Assembly (NCBI RefSeq): GCF_054482595.1
Contig: NZ_CM137008.1
Reading direction: 5' to 3' (one strand)
DNA length: 64,000 nucleotides
This document shows, piece after piece, positions 26,080 through 36,531 of this stretch (the first letter of the stretch is position 1; every line of letters starts with the position of its first letter). The notes under the pieces are model-generated. The model saw only the letters and a list, made by a program, of their open reading frames with translations. It was not told the DNA's origin and made no database searches. The position numbers and the translations under genes were made by a program.

Positions 26080-29000
26080 TTACACCTCCACGCGGCCCAG
26101 CAGATAATGATGATGCTGGTGGACATGGCTGATGATGCGGCACATATCGTTCAGCTCCGGTGGTACGTTGTTAAACTGACCTTTGCTGTCGATGTTTAAC
26201 ACCCAGCTTTGGTTATTCAGACGTACTCGTACCCGGCAATCTTCCACAAGGAAGCCTGGGTTGCTGCTGTTATCAAAGTCTTGCGCCAGGCTGAAGACGG
26301 TGATTTTGTCTTTGTACGGTTTACCGTTCCACGGACAGAACTGAGCGCAGTTGCCGCATTCGTTACAGTAAGCGTCGAGGTGCAGCGTCTGGAAACGGTT
26401 CTGGAAGCCTGGGACCGCAATGGAGACGTTGGCGCGGTTCGGGCAGACATCCACACACTTGCTGCAAACGTAGTTACATTCGAGGCAGCGAGCGGCTTCC
26501 TGGGCGACAAACGCGTCACGATCGTCACTGTTCACCAGCGTGATAGAGATATCGCCTTTACGTTGATAGATTTCCGCTGGATTGACGTTGTTCCAGTATT
26601 TATCGTTCTGGTGGGAACGGATATTTTCCCGACTAAGGATGGCATCGGTCGCCCGACGCGCGGTTCCGACAGCAGCGACAATGGAGGATGGTCCGCGCTG
26701 TACGTCGCCGATCATAAAGACGTCAGTCAGACGAGTTTCGCCATTATGGTCGACGTCTGGCCAGCCGTTTTTGTCCAGCGGCACGCCCATCGCATTCAGG
26801 GCTTCAGTATCCTGCTGTTCACCAATGGCGGTGATCAGGCTGTCTACAAGCAGTGTTACTGTTTCGTTGGTTTCAACCGGACGACGACGACCTTTCTCAT
26901 CCGGTTCGCCAAGCGACATAACGCGCAAGGTTAAGGTGCCATCAGCATCGAAACGTTCCGGATTGTTCAGGAAACGGAACTCCACGCCGTCGTGCAACGC
27001 TTCTTCATACTCTTCGCGCCATGCGGGCATCTCTTGCAGTGAACGACGGTAAACGATCGTTGCTTTTTCTACGCCTGGAACGCGTAACGCCGCACGAGCG
27101 CAGTCCATTGCGGTGTTACCCGCCCCGACAACGACCACATGTTTGCCCAGCTTGAGCGCTGTACCCTTGTTGTATTCACGCAGGAAGGGGAGTGATTTCC
27201 AGACATTTTGGTTGTCGCCCGCCAGTTTCACACCGCTATTTTTATCAGTGCCGGTGGCAATCAGAACATAGTGGAAGCCCTGATTTTTTAACTGTTCAAC
27301 GGTTAAATCGGGTGAGCAGCCATACTCAAATTTCACGCCGTGATCGGCAACAAAATCGATATCGTGCTGAATTAACTCTGCAGGAATACGGAACTGAGGA
27401 ATGATATTTTTCACTACGCCGCCCGCATTGGCTTCGCGTTCAAACAGCGTAACCGGATGGCCCGCTCTGGCAAGGAAGTAACCTGCAGCCAGACCCGCCG
27501 GACCTGCACCAATCACGGCAACCGGATGGCGTGAACCAGAACCGGCTGGTTTGTGCCAGCGTTGCTTATATTCATCCCAACCTTTTTCCAGCGCGACTTT
27601 TTTCAGTTCGCGGATATTCAGCGCACTGTCGTAATCCAGGCGGGTACAGTTGTATTGGCACTGGTGATCGCAAATATGACCGGTAATGGCAGGTAGGGCG
27701 TTGCGTTGGTAGATGAGTTCCAGCGCGTCGGCATAGCGGTGTTCGCCAAGCAGACGGATGTATTCCGGAATATCTTGCTTGATAGCGCAGGCAGTAACAC
27801 AGGGGGCAACGTAGCAGTCGGTCAGCGGCAGGTCTTCTGCCACTTCAATACGCTCTTCTGGCTTCCAGTGTTTCTGGGTGTATTCCATGGTTAACGCGTC
27901 TGCTGCCAGTCTGTTCAGTCGTTCGACGTCAACATGGTCAAGTCCCCAGGCGTCGGAGCCTTCCAGCTCGCGCATGCAGGCACTTAAGCGCAGATAGCCG
28001 CCAGGTTTCAGCAGATCGGTTGCCATCGTGATAGGGCGAATACCAGTATCAAAAATATCGCGGATAGTCAGCTGACTGGCACCACCGGAATAAGAAATGG
28101 GCAGTTTGCCGTCAAAGGCGCGAGAGAGAACTGCTGCAACATTGATGGAGAGCGGGAACAGTGCACGGCCTGACATATACATCTCTTCACCGGGCAGTGC
28201 GCCTTTATTGTTGATGGTGCCGAGAGTGTTAGTCAGTTTTACGCCAAAGCCGAGTGATTTTTCTTTTGCCAGTGCCATCAGGCGTTCCAGCATTTCCAGC
28301 GCTTGCGTCAGCTTGAGGTCGTGATCAAATGACTCTTCTTTTAAGCCTATGTAACCGAAACCGCAGACATCGAGGATCTCACGAACACGCGCGTACCCGA
28401 GTAAGGTCGGGTTAAGTTTGACAAAGGTGTTGAGCCCTTTTTCTTCCAGCATGTAGCGGCAAATGGCTTCGATTTCATGCGGAGGACAGCCGTGCATGGT
28501 GGAGAGGGTGACGCCCTGCACCATACTGGTGGGGATGCGAGCGGGTAAAGCTTGCAAGCTTTCGCGTTTTTCCTGCAATCCGTGGCGGGCTAAAAATGCG
28601 TCATCCTGGAGTAATTTATTCAGCGTATCGCGATATTGCGCGAATTTCGGATGGTCAGATGCGTCCATCATATTGTCGATGAACTGTTGCATCGGCGGTT
28701 GCTTAATACCTTCAAGGTTGTAACCGACGCTCATATTAAAGATGAACGATTTACCGGAATCAGAAGGCTGGAACATCGCTTCGAGAAGGTGCAGGGCAAA
28801 CCAGGCTTTGAGGTATTCATCCCAGGCTTTAAGCAGGGTAAATTCGGTAGACCATTCGGTGTTAAAACACTCGTCTTCGGCATCGATACAAGGCTTTTCC
28901 AGCTCCAGGCGGTCAAGAATTTGGACGGTTTTTAGTTCGATGAAGCGTCCGCCAGTCAGCCAGGAAGTGACAATATTTTGCGCGAGCTGCGTGTGCGGGC

Positions 29001-29178
29001 CAGCGGCAGGGCCGACGGGAGTGGCACAGGTTTCACCGAAGACGCTAACAGTTTTACCTTTTACGGGTGAGTAAAACTGTTGCTCGGGAATACCAAAGAT
29101 TGAGCGTTGTTGTTGGTATTCATCAAATATGCGCGTCAAAAGTTCCTCAAACGGAATGGGACGCATAATATCCCCCAT
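26080..29178 (-). CDS. ygfK: Large Fe-S / FAD oxidoreductase YgfK (putative selenate reductase subunit)
   Basis: 1032-aa ORF with [11 protein letters not shown] nucleotide-binding motif and C-terminal Cys clusters; K-12 synteny. Confidence 0.9.
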   Translation of the reverse strand: MGDIMRPIPFEELLTRIFDEYQQQRSIFGIPEQQFYSPVKGKTVSVFGETCATPVGPAAGPHTQLAQNIVTSWLTGGRFIELKTVQILDRLELEKPCIDAEDECFNTEWSTEFTLLKAWDEYLKAWFALHLLEAMFQPSDSGKSFIFNMSVGYNLEGIKQPPMQQFIDNMMDASDHPKFAQYRDTLNKLLQDDAFLARHGLQEKRESLQALPARIPTSMVQGVTLSTMHGCPPHEIEAICRYMLEEKGLNTFVKLNPTLLGYARVREILDVCGFGYIGLKEESFDHDLKLTQALEMLERLMALAKEKSLGFGVKLTNTLGTINNKGALPGEEMYMSGRALFPLSINVAAVLSRAFDGKLPISYSGGASQLTIRDIFDTGIRPITMATDLLKPGGYLRLSACMRELEGSDAWGLDHVDVERLNRLAADALTMEYTQKHWKPEERIEVAEDLPLTDCYVAPCVTACAIKQDIPEYIRLLGEHRYADALELIYQRNALPAITGHICDHQCQYNCTRLDYDSALNIRELKKVALEKGWDEYKQRWHKPAGSGSRHPVAVIGAGPAGLAAGYFLARAGHPVTLFEREANAGGVVKNIIPQFRIPAELIQHDIDFVADHGVKFEYGCSPDLTVEQLKNQGFHYVLIATGTDKNSGVKLAGDNQNVWKSLPFLREYNKGTALKLGKHVVVVGAGNTAMDCARAALRVPGVEKATIVYRRSLQEMPAWREEYEEALHDGVEFRFLNNPERFDADGTLTLRVMSLGEPDEKGRRRPVETNETVTLLVDSLITAIGEQQDTEALNAMGVPLDKNGWPDVDHNGETRLTDVFMIGDVQRGPSSIVAAVGTARRATDAILSRENIRSHQNDKYWNNVNPAEIYQRKGDISITLVNSDDRDAFVAQEAARCLECNYVCSKCVDVCPNRANVSIAVPGFQNRFQTLHLDAYCNECGNCAQFCPWNGKPYKDKITVFSLAQDFDNSSNPGFLVEDCRVRVRLNNQSWVLNIDSKGQFNNVPPELNDMCRIISHVHQHHHYLLGRVEV

Positions 29179-29499
29179 AACCCTCTCCTTAGCTTATACA
29201 GATATCATTGAGTGACCGGTGTTGAGAAATCCGGTGGTTTAGGGGGATAGAGCAACAATCGCACCACTCTTGCCAGGTTTGGCGGGAAATATAAAAAAAT
29301 GTGAGGCGGCTCGAAACTTAAGGGCTTTTTGTGAATGAACTCACAGGTGCCAAATGAGAATTAAAATCACTCCTGAAAATTATTATTGCCAGCCCATTTA
29401 TCACTTTTTCTCTTTTCTCAAAATCAGTGATTCCTTATCATTATGATAAAGAGTGCTGGAGGGGTTAAATATTTGAACGCAATCGTTTAACTACGTTTT

Positions 29500-30078
29500 C
29501 TAAATTTCAGTATACCTTTTCTTCGCTGTAATAAAGTCGTCCGGAGTATCAATATCTAAAATTATTTCTGCATTTTCTATTTCGACGGAATAATGATCTC
29601 CCATAAGGAGTGCCTGACGCATATTGGTGACATTGGGTCGCTGGAATGCCTGCATCAAGCATGGTTTTGACACTAAAATCGGATGGCCGGGGATGCCATT
29701 ATGGAGTGGCAGTATTGCGCCATCATTTCGTAACGACCAGATTTTTCTAAAAATATCAATGGTGAGGGTTGGCATGTCACCGTGGGTGAGAAAACAATGT
29801 TCTGTTTGCACTGCGGGTACTGCGGCCTTGACTGATGTTAGTAAACCCTGGGCATAATCTGGGTTGTGAATAATAGTGATATTACTCTGGTTCGCATAAC
29901 GTTCGTGCAGTTCATTACCACGATAGCCGGTGACTAAAATAATTCGGCTACAAAACTGCAACGCATTTTTGATACTTGTATCAAGAATTGTTCCCTGTTG
30001 CCAGGGTAACATCATTTTCCATTGCCCCATTCTTGATGATAATCCGGCAGCGGTAATTATACAGTCGATGGCTGACAT
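29500..30078 (-). CDS. mocA: Molybdenum cofactor cytidylyltransferase
   Basis: 192-aa ORF MSAIDCIITAAGLSSRMGQWKMMLPW, MobA-like nucleotidyltransferase N-terminus. Confidence 0.9.
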   Translation of the reverse strand: MSAIDCIITAAGLSSRMGQWKMMLPWQQGTILDTSIKNALQFCSRIILVTGYRGNELHERYANQSNITIIHNPDYAQGLLTSVKAAVPAVQTEHCFLTHGDMPTLTIDIFRKIWSLRNDGAILPLHNGIPGHPILVSKPCLMQAFQRPNVTNMRQALLMGDHYSVEIENAEIILDIDTPDDFITAKKRYTEI

Positions 30079-30180
30079 AGTGGCTCCATTATTTATAGGG
30101 GCTAATGACGCCTGATAATTGCGTTACTTCCTGATGGATTAAGTTGGGGGTAATTTATCCCAGAGAGGTCATAAAGACTC

Positions 30181-30951
30181 GTGAAAAGTATAGTTGACCC
30201 ATCGGCATTATTCATTGATTTAGGTGCGCAGAAACGTCCCACTGTGATTTCTGTTGTTGGTGCTGGGGGGAAAACCAGCTTGCTTTTTTGGCTGGCAGAA
30301 CTGCTCCAGACTCGCGGCAGGCGTGTGTTAATCACTACGACGACACATATGTTTATGCCAAAGTCACACTGGCCCGTGGTTTTCTGTCGTGATCCCGCCA
30401 TGCTTCCTCATGCGTCTCTTACATCCCCCATTTCATTTTGTTTTCACAGCTGGAAAGCGAACCAGGGAAAAGTGCAGGGATTTACGCCAGAAGCGATTGA
30501 TGCACTGGTGCAACGACCAGAGTGTGACGTAATTCTCATTGAAGCAGATGGCTCGCGTGGAATGCCGTTAAAAGCGCCTGATGAGCACGAACCTTGCATA
30601 CCCAAAAGCAGTTGCTGCGTGATTGCTGTGATGGGAGGACATACTTTGGGCGCGAAAGTGAGCACAGAAAATGTCCATCGCTGGTCGCAGTTTGCTGATA
30701 TTACCGGGTTAACACCTGATGCAACCTTGCAACTGAGCGATCTCGTTGCGCTGGTTCGCCACCCTCAGGGGGCGTTTAAAAACGTACCGCAAGGTTGTCG
30801 GCGAGTCTGGTTCATTAACCGTTTTTCTCAATGTGAGAATGCGATTGCACAAAGCGAGCTCCTTCAACCGCTGCAACAACATGACGTAGAGGCAATCTGG
30901 CTGGGCGATATACAAGAACATCCTGCAATCGCGCGCAGATTTGTGAATTAG
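30181..30951 (+). CDS. yqeC: Selenium-dependent molybdenum hydroxylase system protein, YqeC family
   Basis: 256-aa ORF with P-loop-like VVGAGGKTSL; K-12 synteny. Confidence 0.85.
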   Translation: MKSIVDPSALFIDLGAQKRPTVISVVGAGGKTSLLFWLAELLQTRGRRVLITTTTHMFMPKSHWPVVFCRDPAMLPHASLTSPISFCFHSWKANQGKVQGFTPEAIDALVQRPECDVILIEADGSRGMPLKAPDEHEPCIPKSSCCVIAVMGGHTLGAKVSTENVHRWSQFADITGLTPDATLQLSDLVALVRHPQGAFKNVPQGCRRVWFINRFSQCENAIAQSELLQPLQQHDVEAIWLGDIQEHPAIARRFVN

Positions 30952-30998
30952 CGGCCCGGGTATTCCGGGTTACTGAAAGGATATCCATTGAGGTTGGT

Positions 30999-32624
30999 AT
31001 GAATATTTTCACAGAGGCTGCAAAACTCGAAGAGCAAAATTGTCCGTTTGCGATGGCGCAAATTGTTGATAGCCGAGGCTCGACTCCCCGCCATTCTGCA
31101 CAAATGTTAGTGCGCGCCGATGGTTCTATCGTCGGTACAATTGGTGGCGGAATGGTTGAGCGGAAGGTGATTGAAGAGTCGCTTCAGGCATTGCAGGAAC
31201 GTAAGCCGCGATTATTCCATGGACGTATGGCTCGTAACGGTGCGGATGCTGTCGGGTCAGATTGTGGAGGTGCAATGTCAGTATTTATCAGCGTCCATGG
31301 TATGCGTCCACGTCTGGTGTTGATTGGCGCGGGGCATGTCAACCGGGCGATAGCCCAGAGTGCGGCGCTATTAGGATTTGATATTGCCGTTGCCGATATT
31401 TATCGCGAAAGCCTCAATCCTGAACTATTCCCACCATCAACCACGCTTCTCCATGCTGAGTCGTTTGGTGCGGCAGTGGAAGCACTGGATATTCGCCCTG
31501 ATAATTTTGTCCTGATTGCCACGAATAATCAGGATCGTGAAGCCCTCGACAAACTCATTGAACAGCCCATTGCATGGTTGGGGTTGCTGGCAAGTCGTCG
31601 CAAGGTTCAGCTTTTCCTGCGTCAATTGCGTGAGAAAGGCGTGGCTGAAGAACATATTGCCCGTTTACATGCGCCCGTTGGTTACAACATAGGTGCGGAA
31701 ACGCCGCAGGAGATCGCCATCAGCGTGCTGGCAGAAATATTACAGGTGAAAAATAACGCGCCGGGTGGGCTGATGATGAAACCTTCTCATCCTTCCGGAC
31801 ACCAGCTGGTGGTGATTCGCGGGGCGGGAGATATCGCCAGTGGTGTGGCGCTACGTCTGTATCATGCGGGTTTTAAAGTGATCATGCTGGAAGTGGAAAA
31901 ACCGACAGTGATTCGTTGTACCGTGGCGTTTGCCCAGGCCGTGTTCGATGGCGAAATGACGGTCGAAGGCGTCACTGCTCGCCTGGCAACCAGCTCTGCG
32001 GAAGCGATGAAACTTACCGAACGCGGATTCATCCCTGTGATGGTAGATCCCGCCTGTTCATTGCTTGATGAACTGAAACCGCTTTGCGTGGTGGACGCTA
32101 TTCTGGCGAAACAGAATTTGGGAACGCGGGCAGATATGGCACCAGTAACAATCGCGCTTGGGCCGGGCTTTACTGCTGGGAAGGATTGTCATGCGGTAAT
32201 TGAAACAAATCGCGGGCACTGGCTCGGTCAGGTGATTTACTCTGGTTGTGCGCAGGAGAATACCGGTGTTCCTGGCAATATTATGGGGCATACCACCCGA
32301 CGGGTGATCCGTGCTCCTGCTGCAGGCATTATGCGATCCAACGTGAAATTAGGCGATCTGGTGAAAGAGGGCGATGTGATTGCCTGGATTGGTGAGCATG
32401 AAATTAAAGCACCGTTGACGGGGATGGTGCGTGGCTTGTTGAACGACGGACTGGCAGTGGTCGGTGGTTTTAAAATTGGTGATATCGATCCTCGTGGTGA
32501 AACGGCTGATTTCACCAGCGTTTCTGATAAAGCCCGGGCGATTGGCGGCGGCGTACTTGAAGCGTTAATGATGTTGATGCATCAGGGCGTGAAAGCGACA
32601 AAAGAAGTGCTGGAAGTGGCTTAA
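30999..32624 (+). CDS. yqeB: XdhC/CoxI-family molybdo-enzyme maturation protein, YqeB
   Basis: 541-aa ORF; K-12 synteny. Confidence 0.85.
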   Translation: MNIFTEAAKLEEQNCPFAMAQIVDSRGSTPRHSAQMLVRADGSIVGTIGGGMVERKVIEESLQALQERKPRLFHGRMARNGADAVGSDCGGAMSVFISVHGMRPRLVLIGAGHVNRAIAQSAALLGFDIAVADIYRESLNPELFPPSTTLLHAESFGAAVEALDIRPDNFVLIATNNQDREALDKLIEQPIAWLGLLASRRKVQLFLRQLREKGVAEEHIARLHAPVGYNIGAETPQEIAISVLAEILQVKNNAPGGLMMKPSHPSGHQLVVIRGAGDIASGVALRLYHAGFKVIMLEVEKPTVIRCTVAFAQAVFDGEMTVEGVTARLATSSAEAMKLTERGFIPVMVDPACSLLDELKPLCVVDAILAKQNLGTRADMAPVTIALGPGFTAGKDCHAVIETNRGHWLGQVIYSGCAQENTGVPGNIMGHTTRRVIRAPAAGIMRSNVKLGDLVKEGDVIAWIGEHEIKAPLTGMVRGLLNDGLAVVGGFKIGDIDPRGETADFTSVSDKARAIGGGVLEALMMLMHQGVKATKEVLEVA

Positions 32625-32632
32625 ATGAAAAT

Positions 32633-32839
32633 GGCCGGATGGTATTACCCACCCGGCCTGAGACTGATGACAAACGCCAAATTGCCTGATGCGCTACGCT
32701 TATCAGGCCTACAAGTGCATTGCAATCTATTGAATTTGCGATGTTTTGTAGGGCGGATAAGGCGCTCGCGCCGCATCCGGCATCAACAAAGCGCACTTAC
32801 TTGACAATCTTTGGCCGGATGGTATTACCCACCCGGCCT
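32633..32839. repeat. BIME / REP cluster with two copies of a 27-bp palindromic unit
   Basis: ggccggatggtattacccacccggcct at 32633-32659 and 32813-32839 (direct repeat), flanking canonical REP units gcctgatgcgctacgcttatcaggcctaca and tgtagggcggataaggcgctcgcgccgcatccggca. Confidence 0.8.
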
Positions 32840-32844
32840 TTAAA

Positions 32845-33777
32845 TTACTGACAAATCACCGTTCCTGTTTTGCCTTCAATCCCTTCTTTCGCTTTGCTCA
32901 ATACGGTAATTAGTGCTTCACGACCTGCACGAGAGCGAGCAAACGAGGCGGCAGCTTCCACTTTAGGCAGCATAGAACCTTTCGCAAAATGACCTTCTTC
33001 GATAAAGCGTTCAGCATCACTTAATGACAGGCGATCGAGCCACTGTTCATTCTCTTTACCGAAGTTAATGGCCACTTTTTCTACCGCAGTCAGAATGATC
33101 AGCATATCGGCATCAATCATTTCTGCTAAACGGGCGCTGGCCCAGTCTTTATCGATAACCGCACTGGCACCACGCAGGTGGTTACCTTCACGAATAACAG
33201 GGATACCACCACCGCCAACGGTAATCACTACCTGGCCTGCTTCTACCAACGCTTTGACCGTTTCTTTTTCAATGATATCAACCGGTTTTGGCGAGGCAAC
33301 AACACGGCGATAGCCGCGACCAGCATCTTCTTTCAGAGTGTAACCCTGTTTTGTCAGTTGCTCTGCTTCTTGCTCGGTAAAGAACGAACCGATCGGCTTG
33401 GTCGGGTTGAGGAATGCCGGGTCGTTAGCATCGACTTCGACCTGGGTAACCAGCGTTGCTACAGGTTTATTAATGCCACGAGAAAGCAGTTCTTCTCTTA
33501 ATGCGTTTTGTAGATCGTAACCAATATAACCCTGGCTTAAGGCAACACAGACAGACATCGGCAGCATTGGCGAGTGTGCTTCAGTTTTTGCGGCAGCTTC
33601 AAAGGCCTGGTTAATCATGCCCACCTGTGGCCCGTTACCGTGAGTGACGATGACCTCATGTCCCTGGGCAATTAAATCAACAATTGCCTGAGAAGTAATT
33701 TTTACCGCTTTCATTTGCCCGGCCAGATCATCGCCCAGCGCATTCCCGCCCAGGGCGAGAACAATTTTCTTACTCAT
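32845..33777 (-). CDS. yqeA: Carbamate kinase-like protein
   Basis: 310-aa ORF MSKKIVLALGGNAL...; amino-acid kinase family N-terminus. Confidence 0.9.
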   Translation of the reverse strand: MSKKIVLALGGNALGDDLAGQMKAVKITSQAIVDLIAQGHEVIVTHGNGPQVGMINQAFEAAAKTEAHSPMLPMSVCVALSQGYIGYDLQNALREELLSRGINKPVATLVTQVEVDANDPAFLNPTKPIGSFFTEQEAEQLTKQGYTLKEDAGRGYRRVVASPKPVDIIEKETVKALVEAGQVVITVGGGGIPVIREGNHLRGASAVIDKDWASARLAEMIDADMLIILTAVEKVAINFGKENEQWLDRLSLSDAERFIEEGHFAKGSMLPKVEAAASFARSRAGREALITVLSKAKEGIEGKTGTVICQ

Positions 33778-33824
33778 TTTTCCTCACTCATCATTCTTGA
33801 TTGTGTATAGATCCCTGGCAGTGG

Positions 33825-35210
33825 TTAGAGCACGGGAGGGACAAACGGTTTGCGTCGCAGGAAACGACCTCGCCCGGCTTTGCCTGTAAAGGTGCCGTCA
33901 CAGAAAATCGTTTCACCACGGGATAAGGTTCTGACAATCGCGCCCTGACAGGTAAAACCCTCCCATGGCGAGTAGTCGGCGTTGTCGTGGAGATGGCGAT
34001 GCTGAATTTGTTGGCTCTGACGTGGGTCGATAATCACCACGTCGCCGTCGGAACCGTGCGCTAATAATCCTTTTTGCGGCCACAGGCCAAACAGCCTGGC
34101 GGGCATTGCGCTGGTTAATTCAACAAAGCGTTCCGGTGTTATACGTCCCGTCATCACGCCACTGGAAAACAGTAACTGCATGCGGTTTTCCACACCGGGT
34201 AAGCCATTTGGGCAGCGACTGAAATCGCCTTTAGAAATTTGCAGGCGTTGAGCCATCGAGAAGGTGCAGTGATCGGTTGCCACCACGTCAATCGCACCAT
34301 CGCTGATGCCACACCACAGTTTGTCCTGCTCGCGTACGTTACGCAGCGGTGGGCTAAGAATGAACTTTATGCCATCTTCTGTATCGTAACTGCGTTCGTC
34401 CAACAGGAGATATTGTGGGCAGGTTTCAACCCAGACTGGCTGGTGATTCGCACGGGCAAGCCGCAGATAATCCAGACCTAAGCCGTTAGACAGGTGCACG
34501 ATATAGAGCGGGGCGTTACCGGCAATTTGTGCCAGGTTAATCATGCGGGCGATGGCTTCCGCTTCGCATTCCAGAGGGCGACTCAAGGCGTGATAGCGCG
34601 GCGCGGTTAACCCTGCGGCGATAAACTCCGCCCGCTTGCTGGCGATAGCCGCATCATTTTCCGGGTGCACGGTGGTCAGCGCGCCGGATTCATGCAGACG
34701 GCGTAATGCCTGCAAAACCTCGTCATCGTTGAGTTTGTATTGATAGGTTAAATAGAGTTTAAAACTGCTCAACCCTTCCTCGACCATCATAGGGATTTCG
34801 TCGAGGATGGCGTGATTAATGTGCTGGATCACACCATGAAAGCTGTAGTCGATGACCGCCTTATGGGCGGCATAGCCACGATAAACCTCCAGTTGATGGC
34901 GTAACCGACAGCCGTTTGGGCCAAATCCCATATGGTCAATAATGGTTGTTGTACCGCCACACGCAGCTGCGCGGGTACCGGTAAAAAAATCATCACAACT
35001 GCGCGCGATGCCGACATCAATATTGAAATGCGTATGGACATCCACGCCGCCAGGGAAAACGTAACAGCCAGTGGCATCAATTTCTTCATACGGGAGCTGC
35101 GGCGAAATATTGTTGCCCAACTGGCGAACAATCCCGCTTTCAATCAGCAAATCCTGTTTGGCTTGTCCATCTGCGTTAACGACAGTGCCGTTTTTGATCA
35201 ATACGCGCAT
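33825..35210 (-). CDS. hyuA: D-phenylhydantoinase / dihydropyrimidinase-type cyclic amidohydrolase
   Basis: Supplied ORF 33825-35222; start trimmed to MRVLIKNGTVV; GGVDVHTHF metal-binding motif. Confidence 0.9.
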   Translation of the reverse strand: MRVLIKNGTVVNADGQAKQDLLIESGIVRQLGNNISPQLPYEEIDATGCYVFPGGVDVHTHFNIDVGIARSCDDFFTGTRAAACGGTTTIIDHMGFGPNGCRLRHQLEVYRGYAAHKAVIDYSFHGVIQHINHAILDEIPMMVEEGLSSFKLYLTYQYKLNDDEVLQALRRLHESGALTTVHPENDAAIASKRAEFIAAGLTAPRYHALSRPLECEAEAIARMINLAQIAGNAPLYIVHLSNGLGLDYLRLARANHQPVWVETCPQYLLLDERSYDTEDGIKFILSPPLRNVREQDKLWCGISDGAIDVVATDHCTFSMAQRLQISKGDFSRCPNGLPGVENRMQLLFSSGVMTGRITPERFVELTSAMPARLFGLWPQKGLLAHGSDGDVVIIDPRQSQQIQHRHLHDNADYSPWEGFTCQGAIVRTLSRGETIFCDGTFTGKAGRGRFLRRKPFVPPVL

Positions 35211-35262
35211 AGCAAACTCCAAAAACCCTCCGGCGAACCGGAGGGGAATAAGTGAAGAGTAA

Positions 35263-36474
35263 TTATTCGGTTGCCAGCCAGCTTAACGGGATTGCAGCGT
35301 ACATCGCGGCACAGGTCACCAGGTGAGATTTCCAGGTTTTTTCGTTAGGTGCATGCGCTTCAGGTTCTTTACCCGGGCCAAAGCCGATCACCGGAATGCC
35401 GTGACGGCCCATGATAGATACGCCGTTAGTTGAGAAGGTCCACTTATCAACAACCGGCGCTTTGCCAAACAGCCCTTCGTAGGCATTCACCAGTGCTTTA
35501 ACGGTGAAGTGATCTTCTTCCACTTTCCAGGTCGGGAAGTAGCATTCGGTTGGGTAAACCAGGCCAGTCCAGGACGGACGGTCGTAGTTGTACATAGAAA
35601 CAACCGCGTTAGCTTTCTGTACTGCAGGCAGGGCGCGGATTTCGTCCAGCGCGCCTTCCCAGGTTTCGCCCCAGGTCAGACGGCGGTCAATAGAGACGGC
35701 GCAGCTATCTGCTACAGCGCAACGGCTTGGGGATGTGAAGAAGATTTCAGAAACGGTGAGGGTGCCTTTGCCGAGGAATTCGTCATAACCCAGACGTTGG
35801 GAGAGTTCTTGTAATTCGCCAAGAATCGGACCCATTTTGAAAATGGCGTTGTCACCGCGTTCTGGCGCAGAACCGTGGCAGCTAACACCCTGAACATCAA
35901 TACGAATTTCCATACGACCGCGCTGACCACGGTATACCTGGCAGTCGGTTGGTTCGGTACTGACCACAAATTCCGGGCGAATGCCGGATTGTTCAATAAT
36001 GTACTGCCAGCACAGACCGTCGCAGTCTTCTTCCTGCACAGTACCGGTAACCAGCAGGGTATATTCATCTTCCAGACCGAGGTCTTTAATGATTTTACCG
36101 GCATAAACCATAGATGCCATGCCGCCTTCCTGGTCGGAAGTACCGCGACCACCGATCAGCTCATCAGTTTCCATGCCTTCGTACGGATCGAAGTCCCAGT
36201 TTTTGATGTTGCCAATGCCGACGGTATCGATATGAGCGTCCATTGCCACCAGACGCGGGCCGTGGCCGATATAACCGAGAACGTTGCCCATCGGGTCGAT
36301 TTCAACTTTATCGAAGCCGACTTTTTCCATCTCTTCTTTAATACGATGTACTACGCGTTTCTCGTCGCAGCTTTCACTGGGAATAGCAACCATGTCGCGC
36401 AGGAAGCGAGTCATATCCGCCTGGTAATCTTTTGCTTTTTCAAGAATCAGTTTGAATGGAATATTCTTAGCCAT
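35263..36474 (-). CDS. ygeY: M20-family peptidase / deacylase YgeY
   Basis: 403-aa ORF; K-12 synteny. Confidence 0.88.
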
Positions 36475-36531
36475 TATTTTTCTCCAGATTTTTTACTCCC
36501 CGTTTTGCAGGGAGCAGTTCCAATAGGGTGA

